Positions 42,041 through 52,015 of a stretch of 53,822 nt of DNA are shown here, one piece after another. A program made the translations under genes and the position numbers. A model generated the notes under the pieces. That model had not been told where the DNA came from and made no database searches. It saw only the letters and a list, made by a program, of their open reading frames with translations. How positions within the stretch are numbered: the first letter of the stretch is position 1; each line of letters starts with the position of its first letter. Source of the stretch: Planctomycetota bacterium (lineage in GTDB: Bacteria > Planctomycetota > GCA-002687715 > DRQF01); NCBI GenBank assembly GCA_036479435.1, contig JAZGFI010000198.1:1-53822 (forward strand), in the 5' to 3' direction.

Positions 42041-42172
42041 AGTCTTCCCCTAGCGATTAGGTTCGATTCCAGAGCCCCATACGCTTAATCTGGGGCGGGA
42101 GTCTTCCCTTCGTTCGAGCGAACAAGACACCATCGCGTCGGCGTTTTTTTAAGTGATGTAGTTGATGGATTC

Positions 42173-44128
42173 ATGACGATGTCCTGGAAGTTATTTGCGT
42201 TGGCCTTGCTGTGCGCGATCGTTCAGCCGCTCGTTGTATCGGCTCAGATCGTGCCAGCCGGGTTTTTGGTTGAGCAACTGGTAACGCAGGGATTGGCATC
42301 TCCAACTGACCTTTGCGTTCTCGACGACGGCCGCGTCTTGATGACCGAAAAAGCCAGCGGCAACATTCAGCTTTGGGTGCCGACTTTGGGTGACATGGTA
42401 ACCACGATCGGTACCGTCACTGATGTCGACTCGAGCGGAGAGCGTGGTTTGCTGAGCCTCACCGTTGATCCCGACTTTGCGACGAACGGTTTCCTCTACG
42501 TGTGGACGGCGCGAGCCGATGCCTCGACCTTGGCCCTATTGAGATACGAACTCGCGGGCGACTTGAGCGACGGTGTGAGCCCGGACTTAGTCCTCATCGC
42601 GGATTCGGAAACAACGTTGCTCGTGTCGCAGTCTGAGAACGACCCGAATCACAATGGCGGTACGATCCGTTTCGGTCCCGACGAAATGCTCTACCTTTCG
42701 ATCGGGGACGATGCGGACCCGATGAGCGCCCAGGATTCGGCGGATCTAAAAGGATGTGTCCTGCGCTTGGACCTCTCTTCCGTTCCCGCTCAACCCGGTC
42801 TTTTGTCCCTGGCCGATCTCGATCCCGGAGACAATCCGTTTTCGGATTCAGGCCTCGTCGCTGAGCGCTTGACGATCGCTTGGGGTTTGCGCAATCCTTT
42901 CAGCTTTTCGATCGACGCGGACAAGGGTGATCTTTTCATCGCTGATGTCGGCCGCAACGATCGTGAAGAACTCAATCACTGGCCTTACGGAACGATGGGA
43001 AGCCCATGCGTCGGACTGAACTACGGCTGGCCTCACCTCGAAGGTACTCTCCCGGGGATCTTTCCATTCCAAGGCGTCGGTTCTGCGCTCAATGTCTTCG
43101 AGCTCCCTATCGACGAGCGCCTTCACTTCGCCGACGGATTCGTGATCATCTCGGCTGGCATCTATCGCAATAGGGGTGGGCTTTATGATTGGGGGCCGAC
43201 CTACGACGGAGCCCTTTTTCACAGCGACTTTCTGTTGGGAACGATCGAGCGACTAGAATTTGATGCCGTCTCCTTAAGCTGGGTGACCGCGGCCTCGGTT
43301 AGCGGTCAGCCAGCTGTCGACAGCTGGGCTAGTGGTTTCGTCGGCTTTTGCCATTTCGAGATGGCCAAGGACGGCGGACTTTATGGCATCGACTTCTTCG
43401 GCGATAGGCTCGTTCGCATCCGGCCAACGACTCTATCTGTGACCCTCAGTGGGGTGCTCGGCGCCGATCAGGTGGGCGTCAAAGGGAGAGCCTTCAAAAA
43501 CAAGTTCGTCTTCGAGCTAGTCGACAGTACAGGGCTCGCCCTGGTCGGCGAGACGATCCATGCCCAGGTTTCGCCAAACGCCTCTTTCGTCGGACTAGAT
43601 TCGGCGGTGACTGATGCCCAGGGTCGGGTCGAGTTTTGCCTGTTCGCCGATGAGGGTGGCCCCGTCGTCTTGACTGCGACCACGAATCTAAGCTCGGGAA
43701 ATCCCGCTCAGATCTCGGCCTTTGCCCGCGCGCTTGAGGTTCAGCACATTGCGCTCGCGACGACCGATGTGGTGATTGTCGAGCTTCTGAATATCTCGTT
43801 TGGACCCGACCTCGTCCCCTCGCTTATCGTTGCGGCGGGGCCGAGCGCCCAAGGGACGACGAGCGTCATCGGAGATTTGGTTTTTAGCCCCCCGAACACC
43901 ACGGGGGTTGTCGTGATAGAAGATCCCATCGGCACTCTCGGTGGTACCATCATGCAAGGTGGTTTGGGAGCTCCGGGTCTTCTCAATGTCTACATTCAAC
44001 CGGCCGGTTTACTCCAGGGAACTTTTGAGTTCCAGGCGATCTGGCTCGACTTCTCGACTTTTACGTCCATTGATGGCCTCGCGAGCTCGCCCCTTGGCGC
44101 CTCGAACGCGGTCACGGTTACGTTTTGA
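42173..44128 (+). CDS. Secreted glucose/sorbosone dehydrogenase-like beta-propeller protein with Ig-like and C-terminal domains (paralog 1)
   Basis: Sec signal ending VVSA^Q; 'GERGLL', 'NHNGG', 'GLRNP', 'DVG', 'NYGWP'; 'TDAQGRV' Ig-like motif. Confidence 0.85.
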   Translation: MTMSWKLFALALLCAIVQPLVVSAQIVPAGFLVEQLVTQGLASPTDLCVLDDGRVLMTEKASGNIQLWVPTLGDMVTTIGTVTDVDSSGERGLLSLTVDPDFATNGFLYVWTARADASTLALLRYELAGDLSDGVSPDLVLIADSETTLLVSQSENDPNHNGGTIRFGPDEMLYLSIGDDADPMSAQDSADLKGCVLRLDLSSVPAQPGLLSLADLDPGDNPFSDSGLVAERLTIAWGLRNPFSFSIDADKGDLFIADVGRNDREELNHWPYGTMGSPCVGLNYGWPHLEGTLPGIFPFQGVGSALNVFELPIDERLHFADGFVIISAGIYRNRGGLYDWGPTYDGALFHSDFLLGTIERLEFDAVSLSWVTAASVSGQPAVDSWASGFVGFCHFEMAKDGGLYGIDFFGDRLVRIRPTTLSVTLSGVLGADQVGVKGRAFKNKFVFELVDSTGLALVGETIHAQVSPNASFVGLDSAVTDAQGRVEFCLFADEGGPVVLTATTNLSSGNPAQISAFARALEVQHIALATTDVVIVELLNISFGPDLVPSLIVAAGPSAQGTTSVIGDLVFSPPNTTGVVVIEDPIGTLGGTIMQGGLGAPGLLNVYIQPAGLLQGTFEFQAIWLDFSTFTSIDGLASSPLGASNAVTVTF

Positions 44129-44200
44129 GTTCGGCCGCCAACTCTCTCTTCTCATGATGGCACTCCGCCAGCATGCAGCTCACCGCTCAAGAGGCTTTTG

Positions 44201-46144
44201 ATGAGACAGTTCACATCTTCATTTTTTGTGTTGATGGTCGTGTTACTGAGTTTCTCGGGCCTGTCGGCGCAGAACGTACCCAATGGTTTCGCCGTTGAGG
44301 AGGTCGTTTCTACTGGCTTGAGTCTTCCCACGGATTTTGCGCTATTGGATGATGGCCGCGCCATCATTATCGAGAAGGCGGGTGGCGACATCAAGTTTTG
44401 GGTGCCCAGTCTCGGGGATGCGGCTACGATCGTCGGCAACATCGTTGGCGTTGACGCGGCCGGGGAGCGAGGGCTATTGAGCTGCGCCGTTGACCCCGAC
44501 TTTTCCAACAATGGCTATCTTTACATCTGGGGTGCTCGTATCGGCAGCCCTGGTTTGGAATTGTTGCGATTCGAATGCGCCGGCGATCTGAGCGACGGGA
44601 ACTCTAGTGATCTCGTCATGGTCCCCGCCACCGAGTTCTTGGTGCTGTCGGCAATCCCCGACAATCAGTCACTGCACAACGGAGGCGCGTTGAGATTCGG
44701 CCCCGATGGCATGCTCTACCTTTCAATGGGCGACGATCAAGAACGTGAACGCGCCCAGGACAGTTCCTCTTTACAGGGTTGCGTCCTGCGCTTGGATGTT
44801 GCGGGTTTGCCTGCGGGCCCCGGTTCAGCTCTGCGCGAAGACCTCGATCCTGGCGACAACCCATACTCGGATTCGGGATTGATCGACGAACGATTGCTTA
44901 TCGCCTACGGCCTTCGGAATCCTTTCAGCTTCGTCATCGATCCCAACACTGGCGATCTTTTTGTTGGCGACGTTGGCGAAGCACAACGCGACGAACTTGA
45001 CCATTTGGCTCGCGATTCGAGTGGCCAGTTCCCCGGGGTCAACTTCGGTTGGCCCTGGCGTGAGGGTCGGATTGCGGGAACGGGTGTTACCGGTGCCACT
45101 CAACCAGGCGATCTCGTTGAGCCGATCGACGACCGTGTCCATGGCAGTGAGAGCTTTGCGATCATGGCGGCTGGTGTTTACCGCAATCAAGGTGGCCCTT
45201 TTGATTGGGGCATGAGCTACGAAAACTCAGTGTTTCACTCGGACTTTGTTCTCGGCACGATGGAGCGTTTAACATTCGACGCCGCATCCGGCGCTTGGGT
45301 CACGGCCTTGCCCGTTGTGGGGCAACCGACGATAGGGCACTGGGGAACGGGTTTCACCGGCTACATCCACTACACACAGAGCAGCGACGGGGCGGTCTAT
45401 TGCGTGAATTTCCTCGCCGGCCGTCTGTCGCGCATCGTTGCTTTGGTGAGCACCTCAGAGCTGGATTGGGTGGGTGGCATGAACCAAGTCGGCGTCGACG
45501 GCAAGACCTTCGGCGAGCCCTTCGCATTCGAGGTGCGGGACCTAAGCGGCATCCCGCTCGCTGGCCAAATCGTTGAAGCAAGCCCTTCCGTCAACGCGGT
45601 TATCGTTGGACCCAGCTCAAAGATGACAGATGTAAACGGTCGCGTGGATTTTCAGCTTCAGGCCATCGCGGCCGGGGAAGTCTCGCTCAATGCAGCCTTG
45701 TCCGGGCCGAGCAACACAAATGCCATTGCGACAGCTTTTGCCCGCGGCCTAGAAGTCACCTACTTACCGACCGCCGCCGTCGACTTTTTAGTCGTCAACT
45801 TCGTGAACACTTCGTTCGGCGGAAGCCCTGTTCCCTTCATTTTTGTGGCGGTTCCGCCCACCGAAGCCACCACGACGTCGCTGTTCGGAGAAATCGCCTT
45901 CGACCTACTTAGTCCCGGCGCCACGGTCATCATCGAAGACCCGGCCGGATTCTTTTTTCTGACTCAGATTGAGGGTGGATTCGGAAACCCCGGGCGGACC
46001 AACATTTACCAAGTGCCAGCCGGCGTCCTGCAGGGCGTGCTGAAGTTTCAGGTGCTCTATGTTGATCTCTCAACGCCTTCTTCCGTTGACGGCGTGACAC
46101 CGAGTGCCGTAGCCCCGTCCAATATCGTCACGCTCACATTCTAG
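44201..46144 (+). CDS. Secreted GSDH-like beta-propeller protein (paralog 2)
   Basis: Signal ending GLSA^Q; same motifs as paralog 1 ('GERGLL', 'LHNGG', 'GLRNP', 'NFGWP', 'TDVNGRV'). Confidence 0.85.
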   Translation: MRQFTSSFFVLMVVLLSFSGLSAQNVPNGFAVEEVVSTGLSLPTDFALLDDGRAIIIEKAGGDIKFWVPSLGDAATIVGNIVGVDAAGERGLLSCAVDPDFSNNGYLYIWGARIGSPGLELLRFECAGDLSDGNSSDLVMVPATEFLVLSAIPDNQSLHNGGALRFGPDGMLYLSMGDDQERERAQDSSSLQGCVLRLDVAGLPAGPGSALREDLDPGDNPYSDSGLIDERLLIAYGLRNPFSFVIDPNTGDLFVGDVGEAQRDELDHLARDSSGQFPGVNFGWPWREGRIAGTGVTGATQPGDLVEPIDDRVHGSESFAIMAAGVYRNQGGPFDWGMSYENSVFHSDFVLGTMERLTFDAASGAWVTALPVVGQPTIGHWGTGFTGYIHYTQSSDGAVYCVNFLAGRLSRIVALVSTSELDWVGGMNQVGVDGKTFGEPFAFEVRDLSGIPLAGQIVEASPSVNAVIVGPSSKMTDVNGRVDFQLQAIAAGEVSLNAALSGPSNTNAIATAFARGLEVTYLPTAAVDFLVVNFVNTSFGGSPVPFIFVAVPPTEATTTSLFGEIAFDLLSPGATVIIEDPAGFFFLTQIEGGFGNPGRTNIYQVPAGVLQGVLKFQVLYVDLSTPSSVDGVTPSAVAPSNIVTLTF

Positions 46145-46155
46145 GTCTGAAATCG

Positions 46156-48135
46156 ATGGCATATCTAAACCACAAACTTGGCCAGGTCACAAAGTCCCTG
46201 GCCGTCTGCGCCGCCGCCGCGACTTTGTTTCTGAGTTTGCCGTCGCTTGCGGCCCAGACTTTACCCGATGGGCTGGTCTTCGAATCTCTCGTTACGCAGG
46301 TCTTAGATCTACCCACGGACTTCGCCCGGCTGCCTGATGGTCGCGTCTTAATCCTCGAGCGGAATACCGGGAATATCGAGATGTGGACGCCCCAAAACGG
46401 CAACCAAAGCACCTTGGTGGGAACCATTCTCGACATCCACCAGGGCGGCGAGCGCGGCCTGTTGAGTATCTGTGTTGACCCAGGCTTCGCGATCAACGGC
46501 TATGTGTACTTGTGGACGACGCGCCTTGGAAATCCCGGTATCGAACTCCTTCGCTATGAGTGTGCCGGAGACCTCAATCTCGGTACCAGTGTCGATCTGA
46601 TTTTGGTCCAAGCCACCGAGTTTGTCGTCCTCGCCGCCATTCCAGACTCCAGTCACCTTCACAATGGTGGCACCATTCGTTTTGGCCCAGACGGCATGTT
46701 GTATGTTTCGATCGGTGACGACTCAGCGTCATTGATGGCCCAGGACAGTGCCAGCCTGCTGGGCTGCGTTCTGAGACTCGATGTGAGCGGTTTGCCCGCG
46801 GGGCCGGGCTTCGCACTTCGCGCTGACCTAGATCCTGGAGACAATCCCTTCTCAGATTCTGGCATTATCGAAGAGCGGCTAACGCTCGCCTGGGGCTTGA
46901 GGAATCCATTCAGTTTCAACATCGACCAGCTGAGCGGCGATCTGTTTGTCGCCGACGTCGGTGGCTCGGCGCGTAACGAATTCGATCAGATTGTGTTTGG
47001 GCCAGGTTCCGGCCCGGCGACTGCGAGCAACTTCGGCTGGCCCTTTCGTGAGGGTGTCGTGGCCGGTCCCGTGTCGCCTCCGAGTGGTTCCAACCCCCTG
47101 CAGTATGTCGAGCCTATTGACGATCGTGTCCACTTCGTCGAGGGATTCGCCATCATTTCCGCTGGCGTTTACCACAATCAAGGTGGCGCCTTCGACTGGG
47201 GACTTGATTACGAAGGGGCCGTTTTTCATTCCGACTTCATTTCGGGGGAAACGGAGCGTCTCGAATTCAACATCGCCTTGAACACTTGGCAAACCGCTCT
47301 GCCGGTGCCGGGTCAACCGACGCCGGAACATTGGGCGACGGGTTTTTCGGGTTTTGTGCGATTTGATCTTGGCGGTGACGGCGCCATGTATGCACTCGAT
47401 TACGCGGCCGGTCGCTTTGGACGCATTCGGCCCGCTACGGCAACCCATGTCATGCTGCCGATCGGTGGCGATGATCAAGTCGGAATGCGAAATCTCGACT
47501 TCGGTGAGGCCTTCTCCTTTCGACTAGAGGACGCAAATGGCCTCCCGCTGGCGGGCGAAATCGTCAAGATCGTGACCTCGGCCAACGCGATTGTAGTAGG
47601 CCCAGACTGCAAGCTGACCGACGTCTTGGGCGAGGTTTCTTTTGACCTTCGTCCTTTGGAGGGTGGCGTCGTGACGGCCTTGGCGGAACACCAATTCTCA
47701 TCCGCGAGCGCCACCATGCAGGCGTTCGCGAGGGGCTTAGAGTTGACGTACTTGCCCGGTGCCAGCATCGATATTTTGGTCGCAGAATTCATCAACACGA
47801 GTCTGGCCGTCAACCCGGTTCCGACAATCTTCGTCGCGGTCCCCGTCTCAGAGCCCACCACCAACACGATGTTTGGGGTCGTGGCCTTCGACGTCTTGAT
47901 CCCCGGCGATACCGTCGCGATCGAGGACCCCACGGGCCTTCTGGGACCAGCCCTCGAACTTGAAGGTGGCTACGGGACACCGGGCCACACCAACGTTTAC
48001 GCCGTGCCCACCGGTTTTCTAAGCGGCAGCCTTCGTTTTCAAGCCATCTGGGTCGACTTTTCGACACCGACATCCATTGCGGGCGTGGCGCCGTCCGGCG
48101 TTGCCTTGTCGAACATCATCGTCGTCAACTTCTAG
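46156..48135 (+). CDS. Secreted GSDH-like beta-propeller protein (paralog 3)
   Basis: Signal ending SLAA^Q; same motifs ('GERGLL', 'LHNGG', 'GLRNP', 'NFGWP', 'TDVLGEV'). Confidence 0.85.
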   Translation: MAYLNHKLGQVTKSLAVCAAAATLFLSLPSLAAQTLPDGLVFESLVTQVLDLPTDFARLPDGRVLILERNTGNIEMWTPQNGNQSTLVGTILDIHQGGERGLLSICVDPGFAINGYVYLWTTRLGNPGIELLRYECAGDLNLGTSVDLILVQATEFVVLAAIPDSSHLHNGGTIRFGPDGMLYVSIGDDSASLMAQDSASLLGCVLRLDVSGLPAGPGFALRADLDPGDNPFSDSGIIEERLTLAWGLRNPFSFNIDQLSGDLFVADVGGSARNEFDQIVFGPGSGPATASNFGWPFREGVVAGPVSPPSGSNPLQYVEPIDDRVHFVEGFAIISAGVYHNQGGAFDWGLDYEGAVFHSDFISGETERLEFNIALNTWQTALPVPGQPTPEHWATGFSGFVRFDLGGDGAMYALDYAAGRFGRIRPATATHVMLPIGGDDQVGMRNLDFGEAFSFRLEDANGLPLAGEIVKIVTSANAIVVGPDCKLTDVLGEVSFDLRPLEGGVVTALAEHQFSSASATMQAFARGLELTYLPGASIDILVAEFINTSLAVNPVPTIFVAVPVSEPTTNTMFGVVAFDVLIPGDTVAIEDPTGLLGPALELEGGYGTPGHTNVYAVPTGFLSGSLRFQAIWVDFSTPTSIAGVAPSGVALSNIIVVNF

Positions 48136-48192
48136 TGGGAGCTAGGGTATATCGGGACGAAGAGACCCGGCGGTAGGGCGCAGCTCGACCCG

Positions 48193-51100
48193 CTAGTTGT
48201 AGTGAACCGATTTTTCGCCGAGCACCGACTCGAGTTGGCGAAACAACTCGGGGCTGGCCTGCACGCCCCATTCACGGCCGGCTTGAATGGTCACGCAGCC
48301 ATGTTGTCTCGTACCGACTTCAAAGGTTACCGGAATGCTGCCCGGGCTTTCTTTGAGCAGGCGCTTTAGGGTCACGATCTGCATGTCGAGATCTTCGCCC
48401 GCTTGCACGGCGAGCGTCAGGCGCTTGGTCAGGCTACCTTTGGCTTCTTCGAGGGGGATTACCGAATTCACTTTGAGGTTCGGCTCCTCGCGGCTGTGGT
48501 CGACTTCGCCGCGCAAAAACAGGATGTTGTCGGCCTTGATGTGCTCGGCGATCTCGCCGTAGACACTCGCGAAGATGACCGCGTCAATGCTCCCGCTGAA
48601 ATCCTCAAACTTCACAAAAGCCATCCGTCTGCCTTCATATTTGCCGCGCTTGGTGAGCAGCAAACGAACCGAACGGATGATGCCGCCGATGGTGATTTCG
48701 GTTTTCGCGGGCGCGTAGGCAAGGTCTTTGATTTGGCGGTCGGCGAATCTCTTCACGACGTCGCGGTAGGCGTTGAGAGGGTGGCCCGACAAGTAAAATC
48801 CGAGGGCCTCTTTTTCGAGTTTCAGCTTCTCGCTCTCGCGGAACTCTTCGATCGGGGGGAGGGCGGAGTGCCCGGCGGAGGCGTTTTCAGCTTCAAGCTC
48901 GCCGGCGTCAAAGAGACTCATCTGCCCCGAGCGGGCGTCTTCTTGGGCGTTTTGCCCAAACTTCAATGCCTCTTCGAGGATGGCCATCTTTTGCGATCTA
49001 AAACCTTCGATTGAATCCATCGCGCCGGCGTGAACGAGGGCTTCGAGGACCCCTTTGTTCATAAGGCGCGTGTCGACGCGCTCACAGACATCAAAGAGGC
49101 TCGCGAAGGGCTCAGCCGACTCCTCGTCGCGCACTTTCACCATGCACTCGATGGCGTTTTGGCCCGCGCCGCGGATAGCCCCCAGGGCATAGCGGATACT
49201 GTCGCCTTCGACTTGAAACTCGTAGTGGCTGTGGTTGATGTCGGGCGGCAGAATCTCGATGTCCATCGCCTTGGCTTCATCGACGTAATCGACGGTCTTG
49301 TCGATGGAGATCATTTCGCAAGTCATCAGCGCGGCCATGTATTCGATCGCGTAGTTCGCCTTTAAGTAGGCCGTTTGAAAAGTCACCGCCGCGTAGGCCG
49401 CCGAGTGGCTTTTGTTGAATCCGTAGCCGGCGAAGTACTCGATTTGCTCCCAAATTGCCGTGGAGATCTCCGGGGCGATGTCTTTTTCCTTGGCGCCGTC
49501 GACAAACTGAGTCTTGAACTTGGCGAGGATCTCCGGCTTCTTTTTGCCCATGGCTTTGCGCAGAGAATCGGCCTCGTTGAGCGTGAAACCCCCGAGGGAA
49601 GCGGCAATGCGCATGACCTGCTCTTGGTACAGGATGACCCCGAATGACTCCTTAAGCGTTTCTTCCAGCAGGTGGTGTAAGTAGACAACTTCCTCTTCAC
49701 CGTGCTTGCGCTTGCAGTACATGTCGTCCATGCCGGAGCCCAAGGGGCCCGGTCGGTAGAGCGCCAAGATCGCGATGATATCCTCAAAGGAGTCGGCGCG
49801 GAGTTTTCTTAGGAGCTCTCGCATGCCGTCAGATTCAAGCTGGAAAACACCGACGGTGTCGCCGCGTTGCAACAGCTCGTAAGTCGCTACGTCGTCCAAA
49901 GGGAGTTCGTTGGGGTCAAGGGTCAAGCCGCGCGTGCGCTTGATGTTCTTCAGCGCCTTGTCGATGATCGTCAAAGTACGCAAGCCCAAGAAATCCATCT
50001 TGAGCAGGCCGATTTCCTCGACCACATCCATCGTCCATTGCGTCGTAATGGTGTCGCCGTTTTTGTACAGCGGGACGCGGTCGGTGAGCGGGGCGTCGGT
50101 GATGACGACTCCCGCGGCGTGAACCGAACAATGGCGTGCGCAGCCTTCGATCCTCATGGCGATGTCGAAGAGTTCTTTGGAATCCCCCTCGCGAATCTCG
50201 CGCAACTCGGGGTCGGCCGCGAGGCTTTTTGCCAAGGTGACGCCGGGACCGCCGGGGATCTTTTTGGTGATGGTGTCGATTTCACCCAAGGGAATGTCCA
50301 AGGCTCGACCGACGTCGCGGATCACGCCCTTTGCCGCCATGGTTCCGAAGGTGATGATCTGGGTGACGTTGTCCTTGCCGTACTTCTCGGCGACGTAGCG
50401 CATGACCTGTTCGCGGCCATCCTTGCAAAAGTCGATGTCGATATCCGGCATCGAAATGCGCTCGGCGTTCAAAAAGCGTTCGAACAGTAAGTCGTACTTG
50501 AGCGGATCGATTAGCGTGATGCCGAGTGAATAAGAGATGATAGATCCGGCCGCTGATCCGCGTCCCGGGCCGACCGGGATGCCTTGGTCTCTCGCGTAAC
50601 GGATGAAGTCCCAAACGATCAAGAAGTAGTCGATGAAACCCATCTTGACGATGACGTCGAACTCATAAGCGAAGCGCTTTTCGACCTCGGGTCCGCCTTG
50701 GGGGTAAAGGCGTGCGAGGCCTTCGCGGCAGAGTTTAAGGAAAAATTCCTCAGAACTGAGTCCGTCGGGAGAGGTGAACTTTGGCAAGAAACGCGACTTG
50801 AAATCGACCTCGATGGAGCAGCGGTCTGCGATCAAGCGCGTGTTGGCGATTGCGGACGGCGTGTCCTTGAAGAGCCGCGCCATTTCGGCGCCGTCGCGTA
50901 AGTACAGGTCGCGAGATCCCATCTTAAAGCGGTTAGGGTCGCTCTTAAGCTTGCCCGTGCCGATGCACAACAAGACGTCTTGAGACTCGTAGTCGTCGGC
51001 GCGAACGTAATGCACGTCGTTCGTCGCGACGAGCGGAGTGCAGGTTTCCTCGCTTAGCTCGATGAGAGCCTTGTTGGCTTCGACCTGGATGTCGAGACCG

Positions 51101-51642
51101 TTGTCCATCAGCTCGATGAAGTAGTTGTCGGCACCGAATAGCTCGCGGTACTCAGCGATGATTTGCCGTGCGCCATCTTTGCCCTTGGCGCGAAGCGTCT
51201 GAATGAGTTCCCCGCTGAGGCAACCCGACATGCAGATGATGCCCTCGCCCCATTTTTTGATCAGGTCTTTGTCGAAGCGCGGTCGGTAGTAAAAGCCCTC
51301 AAGGTAGGCGGCGCTCGAGATCTTCATGAGGTTGTGAAAGCCAACCTGGTTTTCGGCGAGCAAGGTAGTGTGGTAATTCTGCTTGCCGCCGGTCGTTTTG
51401 TTGCGATCAAAGCGACTGCCCGCAGCGAGGTAACCCTCCATGCCGATAATCGGTTTGATGCCCCGGCTGGTCGCTTCTTTGTAAAAGCTCACGGCGCCGA
51501 AGATGTTGCCGTGATCTGTCAACGCAATCGCGTCCATCCCTCGTTGCTCGGCCCCGGCGACGAGGTCTTTGATGCGGCAGCTGCCGTCGAGAAGAGAAAA
51601 GTCGCTGTGGACGTGAAGGTGAATGAAGTCCGTGGCACTCAT
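48193..51642 (-). CDS. dnaE: DNA polymerase III subunit alpha
   Basis: PHP 'HLHVHSDFSLLDG', 'GPGRGSAAGS', 'MPDIDIDF', 'KMDFLGL', 'FNKSHS', OB fold. Confidence 0.99.
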   Translation of the reverse strand: MSATDFIHLHVHSDFSLLDGSCRIKDLVAGAEQRGMDAIALTDHGNIFGAVSFYKEATSRGIKPIIGMEGYLAAGSRFDRNKTTGGKQNYHTTLLAENQVGFHNLMKISSAAYLEGFYYRPRFDKDLIKKWGEGIICMSGCLSGELIQTLRAKGKDGARQIIAEYRELFGADNYFIELMDNGLDIQVEANKALIELSEETCTPLVATNDVHYVRADDYESQDVLLCIGTGKLKSDPNRFKMGSRDLYLRDGAEMARLFKDTPSAIANTRLIADRCSIEVDFKSRFLPKFTSPDGLSSEEFFLKLCREGLARLYPQGGPEVEKRFAYEFDVIVKMGFIDYFLIVWDFIRYARDQGIPVGPGRGSAAGSIISYSLGITLIDPLKYDLLFERFLNAERISMPDIDIDFCKDGREQVMRYVAEKYGKDNVTQIITFGTMAAKGVIRDVGRALDIPLGEIDTITKKIPGGPGVTLAKSLAADPELREIREGDSKELFDIAMRIEGCARHCSVHAAGVVITDAPLTDRVPLYKNGDTITTQWTMDVVEEIGLLKMDFLGLRTLTIIDKALKNIKRTRGLTLDPNELPLDDVATYELLQRGDTVGVFQLESDGMRELLRKLRADSFEDIIAILALYRPGPLGSGMDDMYCKRKHGEEEVVYLHHLLEETLKESFGVILYQEQVMRIAASLGGFTLNEADSLRKAMGKKKPEILAKFKTQFVDGAKEKDIAPEISTAIWEQIEYFAGYGFNKSHSAAYAAVTFQTAYLKANYAIEYMAALMTCEMISIDKTVDYVDEAKAMDIEILPPDINHSHYEFQVEGDSIRYALGAIRGAGQNAIECMVKVRDEESAEPFASLFDVCERVDTRLMNKGVLEALVHAGAMDSIEGFRSQKMAILEEALKFGQNAQEDARSGQMSLFDAGELEAENASAGHSALPPIEEFRESEKLKLEKEALGFYLSGHPLNAYRDVVKRFADRQIKDLAYAPAKTEITIGGIIRSVRLLLTKRGKYEGRRMAFVKFEDFSGSIDAVIFASVYGEIAEHIKADNILFLRGEVDHSREEPNLKVNSVIPLEEAKGSLTKRLTLAVQAGEDLDMQIVTLKRLLKESPGSIPVTFEVGTRQHGCVTIQAGREWGVQASPELFRQLESVLGEKSVHYN

Positions 51643-52015
51643 GCGAGACTGAGACTCAATGGGTCAATGAAATGGGGACGTTTGTCGATGCTGGATCGGC
51701 GGCTTTAAGCTTTGGAGGCGATCGCCAGATATTAGCCGGGAGCCACCCAAAATTGAAGGCGTTCGGCCTCAGCGATGTTGGGGGAGCCTTGCGGGCTGGG
51801 AGCCAAGAAATCGTCGGGCGAAGGTTCTTGGGCTTATTGCCAAGGGCCCCGCCCGACGGGGTCTCGAGCCCAAGGACGAGGATTAACTCGCCCTCAACCG
51901 CGCTCTCGAGGGCAACCCTAGGCCTTCGGAGGGACAAGCGGAATTCGCCGATCCTTCCCCGTTTTCGGCCTCTTTGCTATGGTTTCTTCTTCCTCCATCT
52001 CACTCGGAATTTCCC

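Noticed and set aside
42056..42082. GGTTCGATTCC as a tRNA 3' fragment or att site marking an island
   Set aside because: The T-stem is mismatched, there is no matching tRNA in the window and no integrase
48193..51642. Intein or split in dnaE
   Set aside because: Normal length; the 'FAGYGFNKSH' insertion site is uninterrupted
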